Program-made: the position numbers and the translations under genes | Part shown: piece after piece, positions 26,101 to 39,700 of the stretch | Position numbering within the stretch: the stretch's first letter is position 1 | Layout of the letters: the number at the start of each line of letters is the position of its first letter | Notes under the pieces: model-generated | What the model was told of the DNA's origin: nothing | What the model saw: only the letters and a program-made list of their open reading frames with translations | The model's database searches: none | Assembly: GCA_000934665.2 (NCBI GenBank) | Contig: JYFJ02000032.1 | Location: forward strand, 1-64,000 | Source of the DNA: Catajapyx aquilonaris | Lineage: Eukaryota | DNA length: 64,000 bases | Reading direction: 5' to 3'

Positions 26101-29091
26101 GGTTCGAGCCGCAGTTTTTTTAAAAACTATCCTCGCATGCTGATCAAAACAGGATTTTCGGAGTTGTACACCGAATTAGCGGGTCGGGAGAAAAATGGAT
26201 CCGCCCTTAATAATAGGCCTGCTTGTTTTTTTTTCTGCGTATCAGCTTCCGCTTTCTGGAGAGCCAAACGTTCCAAGAATTGAAATTAAGAAGGTGATGA
26301 CATAAGTCGCATTTTGGTCGAATTTCTATTCAAAGTGTTCATCAAATCTTTATGAATTGTAAAATATCAGAAAAACCGCAAAACGAGTGCGGTATGACAT
26401 TACCCAACTTGTCCTTGTGGATTAAAACACCTTTGCCATTGTGTCAAAAGACAGCAATAAATAAAAGTCCACTCCCACGTCGAATATATAAAAAACTGTC
26501 ATGTGGTAAAATAATTGCACTGCGACTCATTGTTCTGTATTTCATGGCCTAGTTTGTAAAAAGATAAGATGACCAATTTTTCATTTTTTAAAAAAAGGTA
26601 CAGAGTTTTTCAGCTTGCTGATGTAATTCACATTATTAGATTATGACCTGCAGCACTCACACTGGAAGGTCACTTTTGTCAGCCAGCTGGAACAGTAACG
26701 ACCCCCTAAGTAATACACAAGACCGCATTCCTTTTAATAATTTTGAAGCAGTGTGGTTCATGAATTTAAGATGAGACTGCACCTGCTCATCACCTTGTAC
26801 AAAATTCTGAAGATTTGTCTTATCATCCGAAAAAATCTGCATAAGTTCATGTGCTTTTCCCGGATATCCCGTCAGGAAATGAGTCGATTCCAGTATTCCT
26901 GCTAGTTTTTTAAAAAAAAGGCAATGAGAAAAAGCGTTCCAGTTGAAGAAGCCGGTTTTCTGTGCGCCTTGTCATTTGAGATCGGTTTGAGTAACATCCT
27001 GAGCCCGGAAGTGGAGCCACCGAAAGGTCCGTCAAGCCAGTAAATATTCCCCCATTTCGCCAATTTCCCGACTCCCCACTGAGTTGCTGGAGGCTCCCTT
27101 TTGTTGCTACTGATTTTCTACCTCAGTAGTCTCAAACACCACTCGTTTACTGTGGCCAACGGGCTGGGATGGAATGGTCTCCGGTTAATTCCAAGAGACG
27201 GTTTTGTGGAGAATCAAAATGGCAATATTCATCCCATTTTTGGGGTAAGCATCGAGGATAAGAAGGATAGTGAACTCTCGGAGATGAAAAAAAAAAAATG
27301 TTTTGTCTACTCCCAACTCTACTTGATTTTTTTTTCTGGTTGAGGCCTAATCCGGCGGCAAAGCTGCAGGATTTTGCTCCTCTCGTTTGCAGCAATCGGC
27401 CCGAAACAAACACCAATAATCCAGGCCGTCGTCCAATCTGCTGACACGCGGATCAATATGCTCTGCGAACCGCCACGCTTATTGGAAAGCGGTGTTTTGT
27501 ACCACCCAATTTTTTTTTCTCCATTTCCATAGTTTGTACGGGGCCTTTTCCTGCATACACACGTGTTTTAACTAAACAGCAACAAAGAGTGTATACCGGC
27601 TGCGGCTGGGCTCATCCCATAGAGGTGTTGCATTGCGGAATTAAATGCAAAACCATCGTTTTACAAGTGCGTAATTGCGAAGGTTTTTGTGGGGAGAGGC
27701 CCCCAGATTGTTATTGCCAGTCTCTGAGGCTATCTCCGGATGAAAATCACTCCCGGAAGCGGGCCGTAATAAGCTTTCGGATTAACAAACTACCGAAAAT
27801 GAAATGGATGGCCAATCACAAGCTGGGAGACAAAAGTTTATTATGTCCCCCCTCCAACCAAACCGTTTGATGACAATAGGCCGGCTCTAAAGGGGTCTAT
27901 TGTCCGCTTCCAAAAGGGAATTGTGGTATATACTATACTATAGACTAGTTACAGGAAGACGTATTTTTTCGACCTCCCCCCCCCCCTCCAGCCCCATTGC
28001 GAAAAGATGAAGATAAATGGAGGAAAAGGCAGTGGCTGTCCCTCCAGAGGGAAACAGTGGGACCTCCTTTTTCAGGATGGAATTAATCCCACCCTTACCA
28101 ACCTCTCCATTCTCATTCTCTCCCCCTCACCCAACCCTTCCTGATAACCGACTGGGTGCTGGGAGAATATAAAAAAATAAATAATAAAAAACCCGACCCC
28201 CTCCACCCCTCCTCTTGATACAATCGATTCGTAATAACTGATTACTGTATCATTCTTTTCCGTCATATGCAACCTTTATCGCCGTTGATTTATCGTCCGT
28301 GGAGCCGTGATTCAAATGGGTCGTAGTAATTATAAACACCGTTCCGCCATTATGAAGGGATATCATGTTCCGAATTAGGCTTCCATTTTTAAAATGGGAA
28401 TATCTTTGAATGTATAAGGTCGTGTGCAGTAAATCAAGCGCCCGGTACAGTGAAGAGAATGTGTCCGGGACTAGAGGAGATTGGGTCAAAGGCACGTTGA
28501 GATAGCCTATTTTATTATCTTAGTTCGCGATCCAGTGTCATTAGGAGAAACCGATACATTGGAAAGAGAAGGAAAAAGAAATTTATTGCCTCTACACCGG
28601 AGGGAATTAATTGCTTTCTTAACAGCGCTGTTTCCACCAAGGCAGCCTACATAAATTTAAGACGTGTTCAATTGTAATTAACAGTTCCTCTGATTTACAG
28701 CCCAAATTGTATAGAGTCTGGGGGGTAGGAGGTGAGTACAGATGGAAGCAATCGAATTTGGATAGAGCCGGGAAATCTGCTGAGCGAAACTCGAGGCAAC
28801 TATGCTCTTTACTGGGAGGTCCTTCGAGTTTTGCTAACCACACAAACTTTTTCCGTGTAAATTATACAGTCTGGTCCAACATGAAAGGAACACTGCTGCT
28901 TAGAGATATTACGATTATTTAGCTGGTTCCATTTACGGAGATATACTAATTCAACAGTAAACAAGCAGGTGGATTTCATATGGGATAGTTTCTGTGTATT
29001 ACTGTCTGTATGGCTGCATAACAGCTGCTTATCTCATGCCTCCCTAAATGTATTAGGGCCGTCGAGGGGAATCACTTCTCCGCCCTTTTAG

Positions 29092-29107
29092 GCCTACAGT
29101 TGGGCAG
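29092..29107 (+). other. Candidate 16-nt micro-exon
   Basis: Acceptor cttctccgcccttttAG|, exon GCCTACAGTTGGGCAG, perfect-consensus donor CAG|GTAAGT. Confidence 0.3.
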
Positions 29108-29969
29108 GTAAGTGACTATTACGTTGCGGTTTCGCGCGTTTCAACGCCTGTAGAGGTCCTGTGTGCTCTGATGTGTTGAGTGATCCTCTATATAGAGTTT
29201 GCGGGTGCGGGAGAGGACACTCGGTGACCATCCTCTTTTGAACATTATAGTGCCTTTGTTTGCTGCTGTCAAAAAATATACATCAAAGAAAGCTCCAAAT
29301 TCATAAAAATGCGAGGAATTTTTTTCAGTGAGCGAACCCCTAGATATCGCATAATATTGTTTTTTCCTGGTAATTCTCAGCCATATTTTCAAAATTGAAT
29401 TAGGTAGTTCGTGCGTGGGTAGAGAGGTATGGGAATAGGGTGATACAAACACTATGAGCTAAATGGATAAGCCTGTACGTGACCATTCCAAAAATTAGGA
29501 AACCGCAGGAACATCAACATATGCAGATGTAATCACTATTGAAGTAGGCTATATACGTGCATCAAAACAACAGATTACTAAATAATTAAAAATTATTATT
29601 ATTACTCCTATATGCTGTGGTGTAAATATGTTTATCACGAAGATGTACGAAATGGGACAAATACATCTCCAACATAAGTTAACTCAAGTGTCCACTTTAC
29701 AGACACCTTATATGGGCAGCAAATATGCTGGTACAAATTATAAAGAGAATTCAGAAAACATTTAATAAATTCCCGAGGATGTACAAGTCGCATACGTATT
29801 CATCAAAGCAACATTACCCTATGTATACCTGCCCATTATAACTGACAATATTATTTAGCATCATTCAAAGAGCCCTTCCTGCTGCATAAAAGCCAAGATC
29901 CCCTGCAGAGAGGCAAATACAAACGACTCGCATACAATAATTTTCCTCCTACACTAAATATATCTTTCC

Positions 29970-29984
29970 CTCTCTCTCTCTCTC
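29970..29984. repeat. (CT)n microsatellite
   Basis: ctctctctctctctc seen directly. Confidence 0.8.
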
Positions 29985-32900
29985 GACCTTGCCAACATCA
30001 GCCCAGACCCCCCGCATTAGCGATTCCCCTTGCACATATCATTATACATTTTAAATCGATCCGTTCCAACAAGGACCATATTTAATGCACAAGAAAAGCG
30101 CGCAATATCACGCCGTATTTATCATGAAATTGTTTCTCAAAAGCAATTTTGAAGTGCCTGCGAGCAGAGAATTGGCACTTTTTCTACAGGATTGGAGGAA
30201 GGGAAAGGGGGGGGGGGGATGATAATCTGCAATAGAATTATAAGGAAGCGCAATGAAGCTCCGGAATTCCAGCAAAGTCGGCAACCCCGGGCCCCCGCGG
30301 GATAATTGAAGCGTCTGTGAGAATGTAGTCGCGGAGTTTAATAGCTGCTTTGCATTCAAGGAGCCCCAGTAGCCCCCGCCGGCCAGCCCCAGCTAAATAA
30401 AAAAGCGGCTTAAAAAATGGTGCTCCATCTAGCTAAGATGTCACACTGGAATCACACATAGACATCCATCATTTTCAGAGATGTAGGGAGGGCGGCCCGG
30501 AAATTTGGAAGGCGGGACAGGTTCATTCCGAAAAGGGACTCAGCAGATCGGAGGGTTCCCCCCTTTGGAACTGATAATGGCAATAGCAGCACGCAGGGCC
30601 ACTTTTCCGGAACCCCTTTCTCTCTTTTAATTAAAATCCTAATTACGAGTGGGTGGGGAGAGGAGGGGGAAGAGAATTTCTGGATCCGATCGGGGGAGAG
30701 GGGGAGGATTGCAGCAGCACAGGGCAGATTCCCTTTCATAGCCGGCAACCAGGGTTTTGTTTTATTGGGATTTCATTTCATTAGCGGTATTATTGTGCCA
30801 CCAGTGTACGATTATGGATTGACCGCATTGTACTTCTATTAGGTTTTTTTTTTAATCCATAGAGAAGGCAATAGTGCTCGTAATAGGCAGGTTTTAAGCT
30901 GAACACAAGAGCAGGATGGGTTGCATATAGTTCAGCAGGATAATATTATTTTAACTCGTGTGTTTGAAAGCTATTAAGCCAAATTACATATTTTGGTCGA
31001 AAAAAATAAATTTTTAAAATGTGTATAGGAACTTTCAATACACACTCAGATATTGCCGCTTACAATACAAGTGACGTGCCTAATAAAGTGTTTATTATTT
31101 TAATATTTAAATATCCCGAAATATACAGAAAAGTGATTGATTGAAGTCCCCCTCCCCCGTAGGCCATATCACGGCGTATTTTTAAACATAATTTAAATAC
31201 CCCCATTTTTGCCTTCAGGTTACTTTATGCCATATAATAATTTCCTCGTCTATGCTATCAAATTTGCAATTCGTAATAATAGCCTTTATATCCATTTTAA
31301 ATGCAAACGGTGACTTTGCTGATAATTCCGCATTTTTTTCGAAGGCTTCGCATGAAATCTAAATCCTGGAAGTTGCGGCTGTTTGGACCATCCTGCTGGA
31401 TCATAAATTGCAGCACCATCTTTAATCCAGAACATTTCATTACAATATCTGATTCCAGAGAGGAGGCGTATAGGTTTTAGAGAAGCCCAATAAGATTCGG
31501 GTCGGCTAATATCTAGGTCTGGCAAGCAAACCTATTTATTTTCCAACTCTCGCAGGGATGGCATTCTTGCGGTTTCAGCAACGAGGATTCCTAATTGAGT
31601 AGGCCCGAGCTACCCTGTTTGGAGAGTCTTCCAATAACCGCCATCTGCCACATAAAAAAGGGGCCACCCTTAGTAACCCGAAGCCTCTCAGGATATCTTT
31701 TAAGAACAGAGTTTCCATTTGGAAAGAAGGAAAAGGTAAGCACGTAAACCCCCATAATATTAAATAATAGGCCAAATATATGCCCAAAATTAGTGCACTA
31801 TTCAGTAGTAATGAGCCGTTTAATAGCTACAATGTAAGCTTTTCTGTCAGTCATTTTTCGATTTTTAAAAGGCACCTTTTTCTCAACGTTTGCACAGTGT
31901 CACACTATATCGTATTCCAAGGCAATTACCCACGAGGATCAATTCACCTAAATGAGTAGTAGTTCACTGGGACATTTGAAACTAGGGAAGGTTGGGATGT
32001 GGGGGGGGGAGCAAAATAGATCTGCGCATTTAGAGTCATACATGTGGAGCGGTCATATTTCATTTTTAAATGGGTCATTTGCTATCCCTGAGGACAAACG
32101 AGCCTGGATTTTCAGCTGCGCAAAACAATGAAGGGGAAAATTTTCCCTATATACCTTCTCTCCCTTCCTCCGCAGTATTCAATTAGGCTTCAAGGCAAAG
32201 AGATGTAACAGTTTTCAAAAATATTTTTCAGGGGGCCTGCTATATTATTAGCGAGTTGTATTTGTATGAATTTTTCGCGTTGAAAAGAAGGCGATATATT
32301 TTAAGCAAGTGCTGTGAATGTGTGTATTATGCTGGTCGGAGTGAGGGGAGAAAAACTATCAGGCTTGCAGCTGCTTTGCCCACGTTTATGGGGAGGGTTG
32401 CTGGGGAGAGTTAGGAAAATGGGAAAGCAAATATTGTCTTTTCCTAGTCGCCAAAGTTTCATGGGTCACGAGGTTGACCGTAATGTGTTTCGAAATTATT
32501 TCTTCTAACAATGACGAGCTCCACTTTCTGGATCGCACTTAAATTAATTAGCCAGCTGGGTATCGCTTATCGTTTCTGCTATTAGTAATAAAAACCTTTA
32601 CTGCCGCTTAAAGCGTCTCAAAATGAACTAGCCTTTGCTTCAGTAATTGCGCAATTTTAATTACTGTATCGTTACAGATTGCAGATAAGATTCTACTGAT
32701 CTTACTTGGTTGTGCCAAACAGGACGTTAAACCTGCTACTGAAGCAATAAGAATAAACTGGAGGAACTTTGATGAGATGTGCGCTACGTGATATAACTCT
32801 TGGCAATATGATAACACCTCAACTACTGAGCTCCAGGCAAAAAGATTCTAATTTCGAACCGCCCCAAAATTTTCTGTGCGTGCGTGTGAGTGCGGGCCTC

Positions 32901-33165
32901 ACAATAACGACGACACATCGGGGTTTCACCCAATTGCAGACCACAAAATATGAGCCTGTCATCGGCATTTAGCTGACAGCCTGTGTTTACCCTGGCCACG
33001 GGCAGCAAATTCCCATCAGCATACTGTCCATATAAATTGCTCCTGAATGTGAGAACAACTTGCAAGAACTCTGAAACACATCAAAAGCAACACTGCTTTG
33101 ATTTGCTCCCTCCCCAACCATATGAGAGAGTGTATGGACCCCCGGAATGCTTAGAAGGTAAGCAT

Positions 33166-33238
33166 GGGGTGGGGTTTGGTTGGGGGTTTTTGGACTGGCG
33201 AGGGGGTTGGGAAACGGGGAGGGGGCGAGGCTGCTGGG
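33166..33238 (+). other. G-run cluster with G-quadruplex potential
   Basis: At least eight runs of 3 or more G within about 75 nt. Confidence 0.55.
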
Positions 33239-36200
33239 CTGGCTCCGGCTGAGGGGCCGCAGTCGGCTGCGATCTACGCGCAAGGCCGGTTGTGTACTTG
33301 TAAGGGGGGGAGTACTTGCCCAAATATGAACGGACAGTGAGTGTATAGTGTTTTTGAAAAAAACACCCGGGGTTTTTTTTTAAGTTGGTGATCGCGTGTG
33401 TTTTTTAAGGAGGCGGCTGCTTCCACCCGTTTTATTTATATATTTTTTTTATTTGGTTCAGTTTTGACCTGAGCACATCGTGGCGATATTTGCGTCTGAC
33501 CTGGACTTTGTCGAACTCACGGGTAAGGAAGAGATATAAGTTTGGCACCTCGGCGTTTGGCCAACTAACCGGTTGGTTTAGAGGGGGGCCAGAAGTCGAG
33601 GAACGCCGGTTCTGGGCGCCACTTTTTGCCTCTCTTGAAAATGCAATCGTGTAGGTGGGATGTGATGAGTTACAGTACCGTTATGTGCATGTGAAAAATC
33701 GGAATGATATCTCCTGTAGTGGTAGTCCCGAGCACTTAACAACACACTGAGAGAGGGGCTAAGTCTAATGTGCCTTCTAAGAGCATGTCTTGCTTTGTTG
33801 GCTTCCGCATTAAACCTGTACGCTTTATAATTGGGCGGCTAGGGTAATAACCGAGAAAATGTGTAAATGGTCTTGCCGTATTATGCCCCTAATAGTTGGA
33901 CGTAATTGCTTTTTAGCTTTGCATGCGAAAATGGTGCAGTTCCGTTACATCAGGCATAGTCGTAGTAGTAGTACTGTAGTAGTAATTTCTTTTTTATTTA
34001 AATGGCGATCAATCAAAGGGTATTGCCCTTATACTGCAATGTGTTTTTCCAATGGATGTTATGCACAGTTTGAACAAGGGGAAACTTTTCCACATGGAAC
34101 TGTACAGGGTCAACACTGCTATACACTGCATTGGTGGAATGAAATTTATGCGGTGCTATAGCGTTCAGAACTTTGCTGGCTTACTAAATTGTACTTTGTA
34201 CATGCACCAGAGGTGATTATTCCCGCCATTTTGTGGAGCAAATTGTAATGCCGAATGGTGCAGTATGCATGTAGATGGTAGGCCTGGTTTGCCTTTTATT
34301 TCAAGTTAAACTTAATTTTAGAAAAGTTAGACCTGCAGCTGTCAGCGTGCATGTTAAGTAATTATGCATTTCCAGTACTGAAAAGTGCTTTTGATATCGG
34401 TTATTAATTTAACACTTGGCGCGTGCGCGTTTGAAAATTTAATACATTCGTGCCAACGCATTTAGAAAGCACTTTTTATGCATTATGGAGTAATGCACTG
34501 TCCAAAATTAACCTGATATGGTGCTGCTTGCGAGGGTGCAAGGGTAGGCTGCAAGTACTGTACTGTACAGACACAAATGATACATTCCTACCATGTTATT
34601 TTTACAATGGGTAAAATCATAGTAACAACTGAGCATAAATAATGTGTCTACGAACTTGTGTATCATCTGGTAAAGTGGATTGCCCATGATAACATACATG
34701 GGAAGGAAAGTCTGGAATTAACGTGGCTGTATAATAACAACTATCCTCAATGCATGTAGCTTAGAAATCTACTGCATTGCAAATCACATTCAAGTACAAT
34801 AGTCTACATGACCGCCGGGCTGCTGCAAACTAAATCTCGACCGGTTCCAAGTTTCTCGGACAAGTTAGGAATTATGTTATCGAGCGGATTTTGGAGAACT
34901 GAAACCTCATTCGCACTCATGCATTAATGGGGGATAACGAAATCCTTCAAGTGACCTCAACGGATCTGCATAATAATTTCCACACATAAGTTACACGCAC
35001 ACATATATAGTCCAGATGGCTTCCATTATTATTCATGAGTTTGTACGAGCTAATATGCTAAATAACGAATGCAAACCACCAGTGCCAACTACTGATTTTG
35101 GAATGTGCTCTAGAAATAACCTATCGATCATCCTTGATGAGCTGCAGATGAATGAGCCGGGTAGTTTGCATTCAAGGCAATCGCTTTGTACTAATATTTA
35201 CCGTCACATATGCATTTTAATGCACCTAATGGCAGGGGGGAGGGGCGATGGGGGCAGGGGCGGGCGTGAATTTGATAGTTGTTGATTAATATATATCGGA
35301 AAATGAATGAAAACACGGTGGGGAGGGGGGGGGGGTATTTTTATCAACGTAATTGCTTGTTACATATTCGTGTAACATTATCGCTCATTTGTGAAACCAG
35401 GTAGTTTCTAGCACAGGCGCAGGTAACGCGTGTTCCTGAGCTGTGTCTAATAAAGTGTGGTAATTGACTTAAACAGGCACAGGAGACTCCTTTTGCTCGC
35501 CTGGCACGTGTGATGGATCCTGGCCTCCCAACATAGTTTATTCCGTGGAAAAACCTACAAAAGAATGACATGATAGGCTAATCGGAGAGCGATTGCTGCG
35601 GCCGGATTAATCGCAGAATGAAAACTCTTGTGGGTCGAAACTAGGGGGGCTTGTATTGGGGGGGCTGCCGCATTACGAGATGAGGTTCAAAAACACGCCT
35701 GGGAGTAATTTCCGGAAGAAGGAAATGACCACGCCCTTTTACAGCGCATCCTGATAGTAATAAAAAAAATCTCTCATCTCGGTCATCTTTGGGACAGTTA
35801 TTGTATCTATGGGGGACATCATTTGTACAGGGTGACTAAGCTGATCTGTCCAAACACATGGCTGTTGATAACTGGAACTGTCATATTATTTTGTCAAATA
35901 TTGACAGACAAACATTGTGATAATTTAGGACGTTATTTCAATAATGTAGGCTATACATTATACTCTATGAGTCTATATAATTTTTTGAATTAATTGGAAC
36001 CCCACTCTGCCAGTGTTTGTGTAATGCATGATCATACTCGTATGTGAGACTGCAGATGGTCTGATTGGTTTAAGACTGGAGATATGAACATTATAATATG
36101 TAGCAGAAGTTATCACAGTGATCTTGATGGCCGTTTGGACTTTAGTGTGATTGACATAGCTCCAGGATATTTCAGAGCATAACACTGTATGGTTGTTTTT

Positions 36201-36697
36201 CTCTTGGCAGCTCTGCAATAGTCCGGGAAAATTATAGTGTTGAGACATTCAAGCGACTGTTTCGAAATACAAAAAAAATAAAAGGCTCAGTCTCTTTTTT
36301 ATATATTTGTGCCTCTGACTGTGCCAGCCCGATATCGTTGCGATTTTGGGCTCCACCCTCGCCAGTTAATTAAACGTAGCGGGAAGTACAAAAGGCGAGT
36401 GAGTAAAATGCTAGTATCTGAAGTCGTTTAAGCTTCCCAGCAGCAGTTTCCGCTATGGGGAGCCGGCCTTTGAGGTCACACAATCAATCATTCTTCCCGC
36501 TTGCCTACATCTACTGTGTCATCACTTTGTTAGCATTTGTACGCGCCCAATCTAGTCAAACTGGCAGAATGAAGAGGAACGTTTGAAACGTCGCATTTTG
36601 GCAGGTCTGGTACATTTCGGGGGCTGAGGCGAGCCTTAAGAGAGGAAGAGAAATATGGCTGACAAGCAGAGAGAAAAAATAAGATTTAAGATTTTCG

Positions 36698-36719
36698 TCT
36701 CTCTCTCTCTCTCTCTCTC
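36698..36719. repeat. (TC)11 microsatellite
   Basis: tctctctctctctctctctctc seen directly. Confidence 0.9.
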
Positions 36720-39700
36720 CCGGAGCCTGCAGGAATGTCACTGCTCACCAATTCGAATCCGTTTTCAATAAACTGAATTGCAGTGAAAGCGCAATAGCAC
36801 AGCGGGGTGGACAAGAAAAGGGCGGAGACTGGAGAATGAAATTTCCATGTTTGTCAAGTGCTGGAAATTGTTGGGTTTCTTCCTGCCCCCGGGACATTCC
36901 GGTAATAAGTGGTAATAAACAGCTGGGTTTCCTATGCACATTACCAAGCGTTGTAAAATGTAAAGAGTGTGTTTTTTTCTATTATAGCTACTCGGAATAG
37001 ACTAAAGGACGACCGTAAATATTATCGACAGCAGCTCTATCGACTATTGTGCAGAAGGTCGTCCCTGCTTTTAAAAAAAAATAAAGAGGACATGTTGACA
37101 TACTAAAACATAGGCCGTCCATTAATAATAACGGAAATATTGTTTTTCCTCCTCCGCATCAGTCTACCGATTGTGTAACTTCACTGTTTGGGAATGTAAA
37201 ACAAGGACATACGCATATGGAACTGTCACTTTTCTTAGCCTAACCCGACATGGCCAAGGGCATAGAAGTTGTCCTCACCTGTATAAACCTGAATAGCTCA
37301 CTTCAAGACTGCCCAAATATTATGTCGCCAATTTTTCACGCCCTCTTGTATCTTCAAAGAGCGGGTTGGGATTAGGAACTTCGGGTGAGCCCCTTTTGTG
37401 CTCCAGTGTATTTTCCTGGGGCGGAAGCATTCACCAACACCATTAAGTAGGACTGAACGTAGACTAAGTAAGTTAATTGGGCACAATAGTAAATGTAGGC
37501 GAGCCTGCGCGTAATTGTGGGCCGGGCAGTGTTGAGGCTCGGGTGGCAGCGGCGCTCAACAAAGCCCAAGTAATCAGAGGAAAAGCATTTACGAGCTCTG
37601 TTGGGGGATGCCACGGCAACTTAACTCCGCAGGCACATAGTAGCATGTGCTGTAAAGCTTATGGGGTTGAGGCAAGAGAGGGGAAGCTTCTACCATCTTC
37701 TCTCATGCCAATTCCCCCCCACAAGAAGTTGGAGCATGGCACAGTTCCAGTTCGATTTGAATTGGAGTTAAGTGCTTCTGTTATGGACTTTAGTTATGAG
37801 TAATTGCAGCCAGAAACTCCTTAAGCAGTAAAACGACGGTGGCCTTTATGAGCTGAGGTGGTTTGGGATAATATAGACTCTGAGAGGGGGGGAGGATATG
37901 TGCTGAAGCTATGTTGTGGCCATGTTATATATGCAAGGAGAGAGTCCGGTAGGTGTAACTCGGGGATTGGAGTGGTGGTTGCTCGTTTTGTGTAAGCTGA
38001 TCGCAAGTTCATGTTTGCTGGAAGCCCAAAGTGGCGTGAACTTGAGCCTGGAGAATTACGTTGTTGAACGGTGGGTTTTGTCCCACTTTCTATGCGGTGT
38101 AACTATGTTTTCAAACTGGAGCCCCTATACGCTCAGGGCATGAATTATAGGGGGTTGAAGAGTATGCAGAGAAAAAAAAAATCAGAGAGAAAAACTTGTC
38201 TGATACTATTTCCATACATGCGGTATGTATGCCAGGAATTCTGTCTGCAGCGTCTCAGGCGACTATTTCATAGATTGCTTTTGGCTCAATTGGCGATTTT
38301 TTTTTGTGCTGGCGTAATGTATAAATTCTTTGAAACTATGGCATGAGGATTCCATTGTGAGGAGAAGAAAAGTTTCTCAGACTTGGCCGAAATATATCAA
38401 TGAAAGTGGCCATTTTTGATGACCCATTTCATGTGATCACTATAAGGACTTCTGGCCAAATGGCCAAATGTAGTCGAGCTTTGAAGGGGCTCTAGCGCCG
38501 TTGGATCGCGGAAAGTGAGGACTTTTCGATCGTCCAGAATAATGGTGGCACGGATGATGCGACAGTTCCAAAAGGAAAAGTGACCGTTATCATTTATTTT
38601 ACTTCTAGTTACTTACAGGGGGAGCTTAGGCCAGTAATGCTTTGTGACCCTTCCATACTGTCCTTGTGATTCCTAAGTTAGTAGCGGCACAAACACCTAT
38701 AACTTATCTGCTCAGTTATTCCAATCATGCAAATTAAGTGGCCGACTGGCAGCGATAGGGCTTTATGGTCACTTTATTGACACGTCTAGATTTAGTAGAC
38801 ATTGGGACTGGAGTGATGGCCTTTTGCATCAAAGGGGGTGGAGTGGGTGATGGCCGGCCATTAATTTATTGACTCACCCAGGGTGCGGTCCACAGGCTTT
38901 CCATCTCTTAATCTGATAAAGAAAGCAGCAACTGATTGTGCCCTGCAAATTGCAGCACTCGAAAAAAAACTACTAATATTAATGATGATGCCGATGTAGG
39001 GCGAGCCAAAATAGGAGCGCAAACTGTTAGTGTGTAATAACAATGTTGATGCGGAGTGATATCCTTCAAAATTGTTGCCATTCAGATAAAGTGGGCCAAA
39101 AAAATTAATTTTTAATCCGCCTACCAAATGTTATGAAATATCGTGACATGCTATTGTGCTGACAATTACACATGTAGATTTGTCTGCGGGGTTGACCCCA
39201 TCCTGTCCGCGGTCGCGTTTTACAACTGACCCCATCCTCTTTAAAAGATCCTTTCACGTTTGTCCAGCGGTCAATAGAGTGACATCAAGTGGCAGCCACT
39301 TGAACGCCCAGTCACCGATCAGCATACATTCAACCAACCCTTCCGTGGTAACAACGCTCTATCAAGGCTCGGAAAGTACAAATTGAAAGCCTGCCCGTGT
39401 CTCTTTCGGTTCTTTCAACCAAACAGGATGACTTGAGCTCAGCCAAAGCCCCTCGTTGTATCAATATTTTCCATTCAGAGAAACGCTTTTCCTTCGCGCG
39501 ATGGTGGGTTGAGCAACGGAAATACTCGGGGGCATTTAACAATTCATTACTTGCAGGCCCGGCAGCCGTTGATTTATCACTCTCACCTCCCCCCTTCTAG
39601 ATAGTGCATGAGCTGTCCGTGGATACCTTTTCAAACCCCAGGTTCTCTCTCTCTGAAGACTTGCTTTCATTTCATTGCCCGGCGCAATTGGTATCGGCCA

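Noticed and set aside
26101..26120. B-box-like GGTTCGAGCC followed by a T run
   Set aside because: No T-stem, A-box or cloverleaf around it
25618..26283. Longest ORF (221 aa)
   Set aside because: Non-ATG start, no recognisable domain, poly-Gly derived from a G tract, overlapping ORFs on both strands
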